Source of the DNA: an uncultured Anaerolinea sp.
GTDB lineage: Bacteria; Chloroflexota; Anaerolineae; Anaerolineales; UBA4823
Length of the DNA: 64,000 nt
Assembly: GCA_964416275.1 (NCBI GenBank)
Contig: CAYQDU010000002.1
Span: 1,282 to 65,281 of the forward strand
Direction of reading: 5' to 3'
Part shown: piece by piece, positions 24,014-31,818 of the stretch
How the letters are laid out: each line of letters opens with the position of its first letter
Numbering within the stretch: position 1 is the first letter of the stretch
Notes under the pieces: generated by a model
What the model saw: only the letters and a program-made list of their open reading frames with translations
Told to the model about the DNA's origin: nothing
The model's database searches: none
Position numbers and translations under genes: made by a program

Positions 24014-26007
24014 GCCACACTCCCTTCATACGCTAAGGTTTCCCGAAAGCGAAAGGCTTCCATCGTGATCGCCCCCGTTGGGCAGCGCCTGGCGCACAAC
24101 CCGCAGCGGGTGCATATCGTATCGTCCTTAATCATGGCCGCCAGAGACGATGAATTACCCGCCGCATCAAGCAGAGCAGCCGCCTCGCCAGCGCCGGCTA
24201 AAGATTGGGCCAAAACGATCTTCAAACAATCCCATGGGCAGACATCTACACAGCCGTTACACAGGATGCACTTCGAGCCGTCGAATACGGTGTTGATGCC
24301 GCACTCCAGGCAGCGCAGCGCCTGGAAGTGAGCGGCATCTTCAGGATAGCTCGATTCGATTTGCGCAAGCCCGGTGCGGCGTTCCAGCGGCGTGGAGGGC
24401 GGCCTGGCGCGCATGTAATCCAGCCAGCCGGCGGGCATCTGGTGATCGGGGATCTCCGTCCAGGCGGTGGATAGCCCGGTTTTCAGCCGGCGGCCCTGCA
24501 GGGTTTCTTCGATGCCCAGGGCGGCAATGTGTCCATCGCGTACGGCGTGGATAATCAGGCGCGGGCCATAGGCGGCGTCTCCCCCGGCAAAAATATTGGC
24601 AACCGAGGTGCGCCCCGTTGCCGGGTCGATTGCTACCAGCCCGCGCGGGGTAACCTGAATATCCTCCGCGCCCTTCAACAGGCTCAGATCGGCGGCTTGC
24701 CCAATCGCCAGGATGATGCTGTCGCACTCCCACACGCGCTCGCTGCCCGGCACAAGGCGCGGGTTAAAGCGCCCGGTTTCATCGAACACACTGGCTACGT
24801 CGATGACTTCCAGCCCGGTCACCCGGCCGCCTGGCCCGATGATCCGCACCGGCCCGTGCCGGGGGTGAATGTGAATGCCTTCTTCCAGCGCTTCGTCTAA
24901 CTCCTGGCGCGAGGCCGGCATTTCGTCCCAGGATTCCAGGGCGATAATGCTTACTTCGGCCACGCCCAGGCGCAGCGCCGTGCGGGCCACATCCAGGGCG
25001 GTATGCACGGCCTCGCTCTGTTCTTCGGCGGCTTCCGCCTTTGGCGCAGCGCTGGTTTTTGCCGCCGGGGCCGCCGCAGCGGCAGCAATCCCCAGCCGCA
25101 GCGCCGTGCGCGCCGCATCCATCGCCACATCGCCGCCGCCCACCACGACCACCCGCTTGCCCAAATCGACGCGGTATCCCAGGTTGTAGTTCAGCAGCAA
25201 GTCCACGGCCGGGATGACCCCATCCAGCGTGACGCCTTCAAGGTTCAACCGGCGGCCCTGCATCAACCCCACGCCCAGGTAGAGGGCGTCGAAGTCCTGG
25301 CGCAACTGCGAGAGCGGAAGATCCACTCCAATGCGGGTCTCAAAGCAGAATTTGACCCCCAGAGAGCGGATCGATTCGACTTCCATATCCATGGCGTCCC
25401 AATCCACCCGGTAGATCGGCACGCCCAGGCGCATCATGCCGCCCGATTTGGAGGAAGCGTCGAACACGGTGACTTCATGTCCCAGCAGAGCCAGGTCGTG
25501 AGCGGCTGTCAGCCCGGAAGGCCCTGCGCCGATCACCGCCACGCGGCCGATGCGCCGTCCCGGCTGTTCGGCCAGCGCGGCCAGGGTTTCCCGCGACCAG
25601 CGGGCCGTTGAGAAATCCATACCCGGCGCGCCCGGCCCATGTCCCAACTGGCTGCCGGCCAGCAGGAACTGCGCCGAGGCCTCTCCGCCAGGCATGCGGC
25701 GCACCGATTCTGGCCCATAGCGTTCGGTCAGGACGCGCTTCAACGGGCGGATGGCAACCGGCTGGCGTTCGGGGCCAAAATCGCCGCGGCGGCATGCGGC
25801 TTCGCACGGCGCGCCGCAAATCTGGCCGCATACCGTAGACAGCGGGTTGGGATCGTGGGCAATCTGATAGCCCAATTCATACTCCCCGCGCCACAGCGCC
25901 TGAAGATAGCCGCGCGCATCGGTTAGCACCGGGCAGGCCGCCTGGCATTTCACCATCTTGCGATAATATTCTGCATCGGGAACAATGACGGGATATTTTG
26001 CTTCCAC
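24010..26007 (-). CDS. GltD/NfnB/SudA-like NAD(P)H-dependent FAD oxidoreductase with N-terminal 4Fe-4S region and C-terminal 2x[4Fe-4S] ferredoxin domain
   Basis: CQAACP...NPLSTVCGQICGAPCEAACRR; VAVIGAGPSGLTAAHDLALLGHEVTVFDASSKSGGMMRLGVPIYR; GGGDVAMDAARTALRLG; C-terminal CLECGI...CILCNGCVDVCP and CTRCGLCARRCP. The track start is GTG 26028. GTG 26007 follows GGAGG with 5-nt spacing and is preferred. Confidence 0.85.
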   Translation of the reverse strand: MEAKYPVIVPDAEYYRKMVKCQAACPVLTDARGYLQALWRGEYELGYQIAHDPNPLSTVCGQICGAPCEAACRRGDFGPERQPVAIRPLKRVLTERYGPESVRRMPGGEASAQFLLAGSQLGHGPGAPGMDFSTARWSRETLAALAEQPGRRIGRVAVIGAGPSGLTAAHDLALLGHEVTVFDASSKSGGMMRLGVPIYRVDWDAMDMEVESIRSLGVKFCFETRIGVDLPLSQLRQDFDALYLGVGLMQGRRLNLEGVTLDGVIPAVDLLLNYNLGYRVDLGKRVVVVGGGDVAMDAARTALRLGIAAAAAAPAAKTSAAPKAEAAEEQSEAVHTALDVARTALRLGVAEVSIIALESWDEMPASRQELDEALEEGIHIHPRHGPVRIIGPGGRVTGLEVIDVASVFDETGRFNPRLVPGSERVWECDSIILAIGQAADLSLLKGAEDIQVTPRGLVAIDPATGRTSVANIFAGGDAAYGPRLIIHAVRDGHIAALGIEETLQGRRLKTGLSTAWTEIPDHQMPAGWLDYMRARPPSTPLERRTGLAQIESSYPEDAAHFQALRCLECGINTVFDGSKCILCNGCVDVCPWDCLKIVLAQSLAGAGEAAALLDAAGNSSSLAAMIKDDTICTRCGLCARRCPTGAITMEAFRFRETLAYEGSVA

Positions 26008-26081
26008 AATTGCCTCCAATATAAGCACAGAATATCAGGCCGGCCGCCTCCCTGCCATCCGTCGCAACGTAGTGGAAGAAT

Positions 26082-26115
26082 GAAAGAAGAGCGATGTCCG
26101 CATCGCTCTTCTTTC
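26082..26115 (-). terminator. 15-bp perfect stem / 4-nt loop hairpin, probable terminator of the narL-like gene
   Basis: GAAAGAAGAGCGATG-TCCG-CATCGCTCTTCTTTC. On the minus strand it is followed by ATTCTTCC. It lies downstream of the response regulator stop (26282) and upstream of the oxidoreductase start. Confidence 0.45.
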
Positions 26116-26149
26116 AAAAGAATTAGGGCTATTCTGGCTTAGGGAAGGC

Positions 26150-26275
26150 GCCTCAGGCTGAACAGCAGCGCTCTCCGAAACCGGGGTGGAGACGCCTGGC
26201 GAGCTTCGCCGAAAGAGATGTTGCGCGGATTTTGTCGCCCTTCGGGCGACAAAATCCGCCTTCGGCGGAAGAGCC
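26150..26275. repeat. mosaic repeat: inverted M4 tail module + H2 hairpin (26226-26258, UUCG-type loop) + type-1 arm GCCTTCGGCGGAAGAGCC
   Basis: CGGATTTTGTCGCCC-TTCG-GGGCGACAAAATCCG is a perfect 15-bp stem. GGTGGAGACGCCTGGCGAGCTTCGCCGAAAGAG is the reverse complement of the module seen at 31764-31797 and 52508-52535. Confidence 0.8.
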
Positions 26276-26281
26276 ACACCG

Positions 26282-26935
26282 TCATAACAGGCCGCGCTGG
26301 CGGGCAACCTGCGCCGCCCGCCGGCGGTTGCTGACGTGCAGCTTGGCCAGGATATTGCGCATGTGGGTCTTAACCGTATGTAGACTCAGCGACAGGCTGG
26401 CGGCAATCTCCTTATCGCTTTGGCCGGCTGCGGCCAGCGCCAACACCGCCCCCTCGCGTTCGGTCAGCCGGTCGCGCTCGGCCTCGCTCTCATCGGGGGC
26501 AATGCGACTCAGCCGGCGAAACTCTTCCAATATATGCACCGCTATCGCCGGATCAATCGGCGCTTCGCCAACGGCCGCGCCGCGCAGGGCAGCCACCATT
26601 TCTTTGGCGCGCATGTTTTTGAGCAGATAGCCGCGCGCTCCGTTCTTAATGGCCTGGAAAAGCTTGTCTGGCTCTTCACGCACCGTCAGGATCAGGACAA
26701 CCGTTTCCGGGCAAGCCTGCACGATCTGCCGGGTGGCTTCCAGACCGTCCAGTACCGGCATCTGAATATCCATCAGGATGATATTGGGGCAAAGCTCGCG
26801 GGCTTTGACCACGGCCTCCAGCCCGTCCTCTGCTTCGCCAACTACTTCCATATCCGGCTGGGCGGCAATGATTCCCGCCAGGCCCTCGCGAAACAGGCAG
26901 TGATCATCGGCCAGCAAAACTCGCAGCTTCGGCAT
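26282..26935 (-). CDS. NarL/FixJ-family response regulator (REC + LuxR-type HTH)
   Basis: LRVLLADDHCLFREG..., ILMDIQMPVLDG, C-terminal LTEREGAVLALAAAGQSDKEIAASLSLSLHTVKTHMRNILAKL. Confidence 0.9.
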   Translation of the reverse strand: MPKLRVLLADDHCLFREGLAGIIAAQPDMEVVGEAEDGLEAVVKARELCPNIILMDIQMPVLDGLEATRQIVQACPETVVLILTVREEPDKLFQAIKNGARGYLLKNMRAKEMVAALRGAAVGEAPIDPAIAVHILEEFRRLSRIAPDESEAERDRLTEREGAVLALAAAGQSDKEIAASLSLSLHTVKTHMRNILAKLHVSNRRRAAQVARQRGLL

Positions 26936-26947
26936 GGCGCCACCTCT

Positions 26948-28870
26948 TTACAGGTCCATCCCCGGCCGCAGCGGCCAGGTGAGCGTAATACAGGTTCCTT
27001 CCCCACGCCCGGTGACTATTTCCAGACGCCCATCCAACTGGGCGGCGCGGGCCTGCAGGATCTTCAATCCAAAGTGCCGGCGGCTATCATCGCCGGGTTG
27101 ACGCTGGTCGAACCCGCAGCCGTCATCTTCAATCTTCAGCTCGGCTGCATCGCCTGTGAGGCTCAGCTTCAGGCCAACGTGTTTTGCCTGCGCGTGCCGC
27201 CGGATATTAATGAGCGCTTCCTGCACAACCCCCAGCACATTCCGGGTATCCTCTTCGGGCAAGAAAAGCACGCCGGGCAAATCAACCTGCCAGCCCTGAT
27301 CTGACGGGCTTGCCAGGTTCATCTGCGTAATCAGCTCTTCCAGCCGCGCTTGCAAACTGGTAGGGGCTGGCGGCTCATCCACCAGGCTGGCAATTGTCTG
27401 GCGCACTTCGGTCGAGGCTCGGCAGATGCGCTCATACGCCTGGCTCAGCGTCTGCCCGGCCGCAGTCTGGTCGCCATTTTCCAGGCGGTCGCCGGCCTGA
27501 TCGACCAACAGGCCAATCGAATCGATGGTTTGGGCCAGGCCATCGTGCATAGCGGCGGCGATGCGCTGGCGCTCTTCGATGGCGGCCAGCCGTTCGGCCT
27601 GCCGGTACAGGCGAGCGTTCTCGATAGCTACCGCGGCCGCCCCGGCCAGGCGTTCCAACAAACGCGGCGCATCGGCGTTGAAGGCCGCCTCACGTTGGCT
27701 GCCCACGCACAGCGCGCCAATCCGGCGCTGGTCAATCCATAAGGGCGCCACCAGGTGGCTGCGCCGGAACTGCATTTCCACAACGCCGCAGGTTCCCAGG
27801 GCCTGTGCGGCCGGACACTGCTGCACGGTATGCTGGTTCAGGATCGCTCGAACAAATGGGTTGGCCGCATCGGCCGCGGGACCCAGGGCCGAATCTTCCG
27901 GCCCGCTGTTCGAGCGCAGGCGCAGCAACTGCTGATCGTCGTTCAGCAGGCAGAGGAAGGCGGTATCGGCTTTCAGCAGGCTGTGCGCCTTCTCGGTAAC
28001 CGAGCGGAAGACAGCATTCAGATCGAGGCGTGAGGTAATTTCCCGGCTGACTTCGTAGAGCGCGTCCAGTTCCAGCGTGCGCTCATCCACGCGCGCCTCC
28101 AGGGTCTGATTCCAGCGCAGCAGATCCAGGTGAGCGGCAAGCAGGTCGCGGCGCATGGAGTCAAAGGCCCGCGCCAGGTCGGCCATTTCGAGCGGGCCAG
28201 CGACCGGGACCCCGGTTTCCAGGTCTCCGCTGCCGATCCGGGCGGTGGCCGCTTTAAGCGCCGCCAGCGGGCGCAGGATCGAGCGGCGCGCCACCCAGAT
28301 TCCGCCCAGCAGCAGCAGCGACGCCCCCACGAAGAAACCGCCCTGCGCCCAGGCCAGCGCGGCAGAGCGCCGGCCGGCTGCATCCTGATACAGGCGCGCC
28401 AGCAAGTCTGCGTCTGCCAAAAGCACCGCCGACTGCGACTGCACATCTACCAGCCAATTGTTAGCGCCAGAAGGGGCGGCTTGGACGGCCTGGAGAGTCT
28501 TGTGAAAGGCCTGCCATTCACCCGCCAGGCGCAGCAGATGCGCTTGAATATCGGCCGCGCTGGCGGCCGGCAGCGTCACGGTCTGATTGGCGGGATAATG
28601 CACCGGCCCGCCATACCGCAAAGCTTGCAGCGTTTCTTCAAAGGCCCGCATGGCCTCGTTCAGCGCTTCTTGCTCCGCCGGGCTGCGCGCCGGCTCGACC
28701 GCCAAGCGGGTCATCCACTGGATCAGCATCCGCTGCCGGCCGGCCAGGTTGATCGCCAGCGCGTCGGACGATTGCCCCCTGAGGCCCCAGATTGTCCCCC
28801 CAGCCGAGATAATTACCAGCAGGAAGAAGGACAGAAAAATCAGGTTGAGCTGCCCGGAAATGCGGTTCAT
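26948..28870 (-). CDS. NarX-like sensor histidine kinase (TM - PilJ/NarX-type periplasmic P-box domain - HAMP - GAF - HisKA_3 - HATPase)
   Basis: Start moved to ATG 28870 (MNRISGQLNLIFLSFFLLVIISAGG). P-box-like AINLAGRQRMLIQWMTRLA. HAMP region ILRPLAALKAATARIGSGDL. GAF-like middle region. H-box ERQRIAAAMHDGLAQT. The ATPase G-boxes lie near the C-terminus. Confidence 0.8.
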   Translation of the reverse strand: MNRISGQLNLIFLSFFLLVIISAGGTIWGLRGQSSDALAINLAGRQRMLIQWMTRLAVEPARSPAEQEALNEAMRAFEETLQALRYGGPVHYPANQTVTLPAASAADIQAHLLRLAGEWQAFHKTLQAVQAAPSGANNWLVDVQSQSAVLLADADLLARLYQDAAGRRSAALAWAQGGFFVGASLLLLGGIWVARRSILRPLAALKAATARIGSGDLETGVPVAGPLEMADLARAFDSMRRDLLAAHLDLLRWNQTLEARVDERTLELDALYEVSREITSRLDLNAVFRSVTEKAHSLLKADTAFLCLLNDDQQLLRLRSNSGPEDSALGPAADAANPFVRAILNQHTVQQCPAAQALGTCGVVEMQFRRSHLVAPLWIDQRRIGALCVGSQREAAFNADAPRLLERLAGAAAVAIENARLYRQAERLAAIEERQRIAAAMHDGLAQTIDSIGLLVDQAGDRLENGDQTAAGQTLSQAYERICRASTEVRQTIASLVDEPPAPTSLQARLEELITQMNLASPSDQGWQVDLPGVLFLPEEDTRNVLGVVQEALINIRRHAQAKHVGLKLSLTGDAAELKIEDDGCGFDQRQPGDDSRRHFGLKILQARAAQLDGRLEIVTGRGEGTCITLTWPLRPGMDL

Positions 28871-28911
28871 AAAACTTCTCAATCTTCTGGTCGTTACGGC
28901 CTGTATTCCGA

Positions 28912-29436
28912 TCAGGAACGACCTGCCTCCCGCGCGTTGAAAGCCGCCCACCAGCCCGCGGCAGCCAGCGGCGGGCCGAGCGAGAACACGAATGCAACCG
29001 CCAGCCGCCAGCCGCCAGCCAGCTGCGCCGGCCACAACCCGGTGAGCGGCAGCAGCGAGCACAGCAGCGCTGCTGCCGCAACGGTCAGCCAGCGTATCCC
29101 GGCCGGCCGCCGGCCAGCCTGTTCCGCCCAGGCTGCCAGCAGCCCCAGGGTAATAAACCCCAGCAGCAATCCATGCAGATAAAGGATACGCAGACCGGCC
29201 GCTTCGGCCCACAGCGCCAGGGGTTTAATCGCCGCCGCCGCCAGCATTCCCGCCGTAAGCGCCAGGAATACGAGCGGGCTGCGCCAGCGCGGCAGCGCCG
29301 GCCACAGCCGCCGGGCATGCAGGAACAGTCCACCGGCGGCCAGCAGCCCACCCAACCCGGCCAGAGTGCGCAGGTCTGGCGGCACAATATCCGGCGGCAG
29401 GCCCAGCACGAAACTCAATGGCAGGCCCAGAATCAA
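28912..29436 (-). CDS. small polytopic membrane protein (about 174 aa), either translationally coupled to, or a frameshifted C-terminal continuation of, the upstream membrane protein gene
   Basis: This is the only coding-looking frame across 28912-29432 (LVFLALTAGMLAAAAIKPLALWAEAAGLRILYLHGLLLGFITLGLLAAW...). A TTG at 29436 overlaps the TGA of the upstream ORF (TTGA). The start choice is inferential. Confidence 0.4.
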   Translation of the reverse strand: MILGLPLSFVLGLPPDIVPPDLRTLAGLGGLLAAGGLFLHARRLWPALPRWRSPLVFLALTAGMLAAAAIKPLALWAEAAGLRILYLHGLLLGFITLGLLAAWAEQAGRRPAGIRWLTVAAAALLCSLLPLTGLWPAQLAGGWRLAVAFVFSLGPPLAAAGWWAAFNAREAGRS

Positions 29437-31298
29437 AGCGGGTCTTCCCAATCCGACTGGCTCTGCGCCAGCTCTGGTCGGGAGGCATACGCCAGCCCTA
29501 ACAGGCCCAGCGCCGCCCACCCGTTTGAGAACAGTTCCAGAAACAGGTGCACAGCGGCTGAAGTCCAAAAGACATCCTCCACTTTCAGCGCCGCCAGGAT
29601 GGCCCGGCCCCACGCCCCACAGGAGGCCGCCAGCAGAAACGCCAGCGCCCAGCGCCACAGCTTTAGCGGGCGTGAGCGGGGCGCGTTCCGTACCGTCCGG
29701 TAGAAATCGAAGGCAAAGACATACCAGGCAATCATGTTCAGGCTGGAGAAAATAACCGCTACCGGCAGGTTTGCCGCCCCCACCGCCACGCTGGAATAGC
29801 CCCAGCGAAAGAAGAGCGGGTACGAGGCCAGCCCCAAAATCAAGGCCGCCGCTGCGGCAAACCACAGGCGGCGCGGCGCAAGCCGCCCGGTTAGCGAGGG
29901 GAGGCGCGCCGCGATCAGCCCCATCAGGGCCGGCGTGACCCAGGAAAAGTACATCAGGTGCGAGTGCGCATGGCGCACATGGGTCAAATCGACGCTGGCC
30001 GGGAAGCCCTGCCACATCCACCAGCGCATCAGCGATCCGGTCAGCCCGGCGACGATGAACATCGCCAGAGCGGCCGGGAACAGCGCCCGCCCCAGCCATT
30101 GCTCGGTCTTTCCCATCTCACGCGCCGGCTCCAGGCGCCGAACAGGCTCGTGCGCCGCCCGCCCGCGCAGCACGGCCGCAGCGGCGGCGCCCATAAACAG
30201 CAGAATTGCCAGCCCATTAAGCAGCCCGCCCCAGGCGCGCAAACCGGGCAGCGCCAGCAGATCGCCGGCCACGCGCATCGCCAGGGAAAGGTGCAGCCCG
30301 GCCAACGGCAGGTAAAATTTATCCGTATACGCAATTGGCGCGCCTAAGATGGCCGGGAAGATGATCGGCGCGTGAGCAAAGATCATCGAAAAGACAAACC
30401 CCAGGAAAACCGTATGCAGAAAGGCGTCGTAATGAAACCCGGCCGGAGTGACCTCAAAGGTAATCCCCATCAGCCCGGCGATGGCAAGCCAGCCATACCC
30501 GGCGAGCAGGCTGGCCGCCGCAAAGCGCGGCAGCCCGGTTTTGCGGATGGTGAAGCGGGCAATATCGTAGCGCAGCAGCCAGGCAGCCAGGGCGAACATC
30601 CCCACAGAAGTCAGGCGCACCCCCAGGTCGGGCAGCGCCAAACTGACCAGCAATCCTGCCACAAAGATCGCCGCGGCCCCCAGGAAAAGGCGCTCGATGA
30701 ACCGGGTGTGGCGCGCCAGGCGACCCAGCTCCAGGCGCTCTCCGGTGATGGTCAGAACCAGGAAGGCGGCCCACCACAAGACCAGGCGGTACACCGGCCA
30801 GCCGGCCAGCCATAAGAGGTTGCCGACCGCCCAGGCCGCCGCGCCGCCGGCCATCGCTCGCGTATACATGGCCGGTTGCTGGCGCACGATAAACAGAAAT
30901 ACTCCCACCAGGCCCAGGCTGCCAGCCAGCAGCAGCGCGGCCGGCAGCGGGCCGGCAACCCCGGCCAGCAGCAGCGCCCCGCCCAGGCCGCTCAGCGCCG
31001 GCGCAGCAAAGCTCCACAGGCGGCGCAGAGCCACGGCCCGTTCCAGGCTGATCAGCGCGCCGAAAAATCCAGACACCATCAGCGGCCCATGCGCGCCAAT
31101 AAGCTGCGGCTGAAAAACCGGCCAGCGCCAGCCGATGCGGATCCAGCCAGCCCAGATTGCCCCCAACAGCATCAATATCGAGGCAGCCAGGATTGGCAAG
31201 ATCAACGCCTTCAGCGGGAAGTGTCTGGCGGCGCGTTTATCCTGGCGGGAGGCTTCTCCGGAGAGTTGTGCAGATTGATTCCTGACAGGCGCGCCCAT
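29433..31298 (-). CDS. large polytopic membrane protein with repeated intramembrane His motifs (function unknown; distant NnrS-like resemblance is unverified)
   Basis: 621 aa with more than 14 predicted TM helices. Repeated H-x3-[LFM]-x-G-[FW]-type motifs: AHGPLMVSGFFG, LHTVFLGFVFSMIFAHAP, HAHSHLMYFSW, VHLFLELFSNGW. Confidence 0.6.
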   Translation of the reverse strand: MGAPVRNQSAQLSGEASRQDKRAARHFPLKALILPILAASILMLLGAIWAGWIRIGWRWPVFQPQLIGAHGPLMVSGFFGALISLERAVALRRLWSFAAPALSGLGGALLLAGVAGPLPAALLLAGSLGLVGVFLFIVRQQPAMYTRAMAGGAAAWAVGNLLWLAGWPVYRLVLWWAAFLVLTITGERLELGRLARHTRFIERLFLGAAAIFVAGLLVSLALPDLGVRLTSVGMFALAAWLLRYDIARFTIRKTGLPRFAAASLLAGYGWLAIAGLMGITFEVTPAGFHYDAFLHTVFLGFVFSMIFAHAPIIFPAILGAPIAYTDKFYLPLAGLHLSLAMRVAGDLLALPGLRAWGGLLNGLAILLFMGAAAAAVLRGRAAHEPVRRLEPAREMGKTEQWLGRALFPAALAMFIVAGLTGSLMRWWMWQGFPASVDLTHVRHAHSHLMYFSWVTPALMGLIAARLPSLTGRLAPRRLWFAAAAALILGLASYPLFFRWGYSSVAVGAANLPVAVIFSSLNMIAWYVFAFDFYRTVRNAPRSRPLKLWRWALAFLLAASCGAWGRAILAALKVEDVFWTSAAVHLFLELFSNGWAALGLLGLAYASRPELAQSQSDWEDPL

Positions 31299-31373
31299 GA
31301 ATTAACTGCTCCTGGCTGAGATCGCTTGACAGATTAAGCTTGTTGCCCGCGGCAGCCGGAAGAACGGACTTTT

Positions 31374-31480
31374 GGCTCTTCCGCCGAAGGCGAGAATTTT
31401 TCTATCTTTGGGGTTGTCGCCTAGCTACGCCAGGCGACAACCCCAAAGACAATTTCTTTCCCGGCGAAGCCGGAAGAGCC
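31374..31480. repeat. full type-1 nested palindromic repeat (inner hairpin 31407-31447)
   Basis: GGCTCTTCCGCCGAAGGCG ... TTTGGGGTTGTCGCCT-AGCTACGCC-AGGCGACAACCCCAAA ... CCGGCGAAGCCGGAAGAGCC. The inner stem is a perfect 16 bp. Confidence 0.85.
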
Positions 31481-31678
31481 GCTTTTTCTGCTGGCGGGTA
31501 ATATTTCCGAGCTATTGTATCTCTTTAAGGGTTCTACGGGATGGGCAATTTGCGGCTATGTTTGCCTTATTGGTTCGAATCTCCCGCGTTGGTTCGCTCT
31601 TGTGGAACCCCCATGTCTCGATTTCCCCGCTCAACCGCCGGGCGCCGCTGCGGGGACCACCCGATTAAACCGTGGAAC

Positions 31679-31818
31679 CGGCATGATGCTCTTCAAGCGA
31701 CCCCCCAAAAGAGATGCTGCGGAGGTTTTGTCGCACTTCGGGCGACAAAATCCAAGATCAATCCTCTTTCGGCAAAGCTCGCCAGCCACCTCCACCCCGG
31801 TTGCATGGGGAGCTAACC
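31679..31818. repeat. mosaic repeat: degenerate H3 + H2 hairpin (31724-31753) + M4 tail
   Basis: Collinear with 52423-52559 (…CTCTTCAAGCG…AAAAGAGATG…TTTTGTCGC…GCGACAAAATCC…CTCGCCAG.CACC.CCACC..GGTTGCATGGG.AGCTA.CC). Confidence 0.8.

Noticed and set aside
18963-26028. Calling the Rieske/cyt b genes petABCD or qcrABC by symbol.
   Set aside because: The subunit composition (split cyt b, tri- and dihaem cyt c, NAD(P)H flavoprotein) does not match either named operon. The symbols were left empty to avoid implying orthology.
26029-26081. Search for a promoter or NarL heptamers (TACYYMT) immediately upstream of the respiratory supercluster.
   Set aside because: I found no convincing -35/-10 pair or heptamer arrangement by eye. 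This cannot be asserted without a motif scan and TSS data.
28871-29212. N-terminal extension of the histidine kinase ORF (track start 29212).
   Set aside because: The extension (MGRSGRSAYPLSAW...RRLRSF) is Arg/Gly/Ala-rich and overlaps the better coding frame of the small membrane protein. ATG 28870 begins directly with a TM helix, as expected for a NarX-like sensor.
29437-30099. Upstream part of the 395-aa ORF 28912..30099.
   Set aside because: It overlaps the convincing 621-aa membrane protein frame and translates to Pro/Arg/Gly-rich sequence. Only the portion downstream of 29436 looks coding.
31572-31581. GGTTCGAATC, a tRNA T-loop-like string in the 31482-31678 spacer.
   Set aside because: The flanking bases do not form a T-stem or an acceptor stem, and no cloverleaf can be drawn from the surrounding ~90 nt. 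At most it is a decayed fragment.
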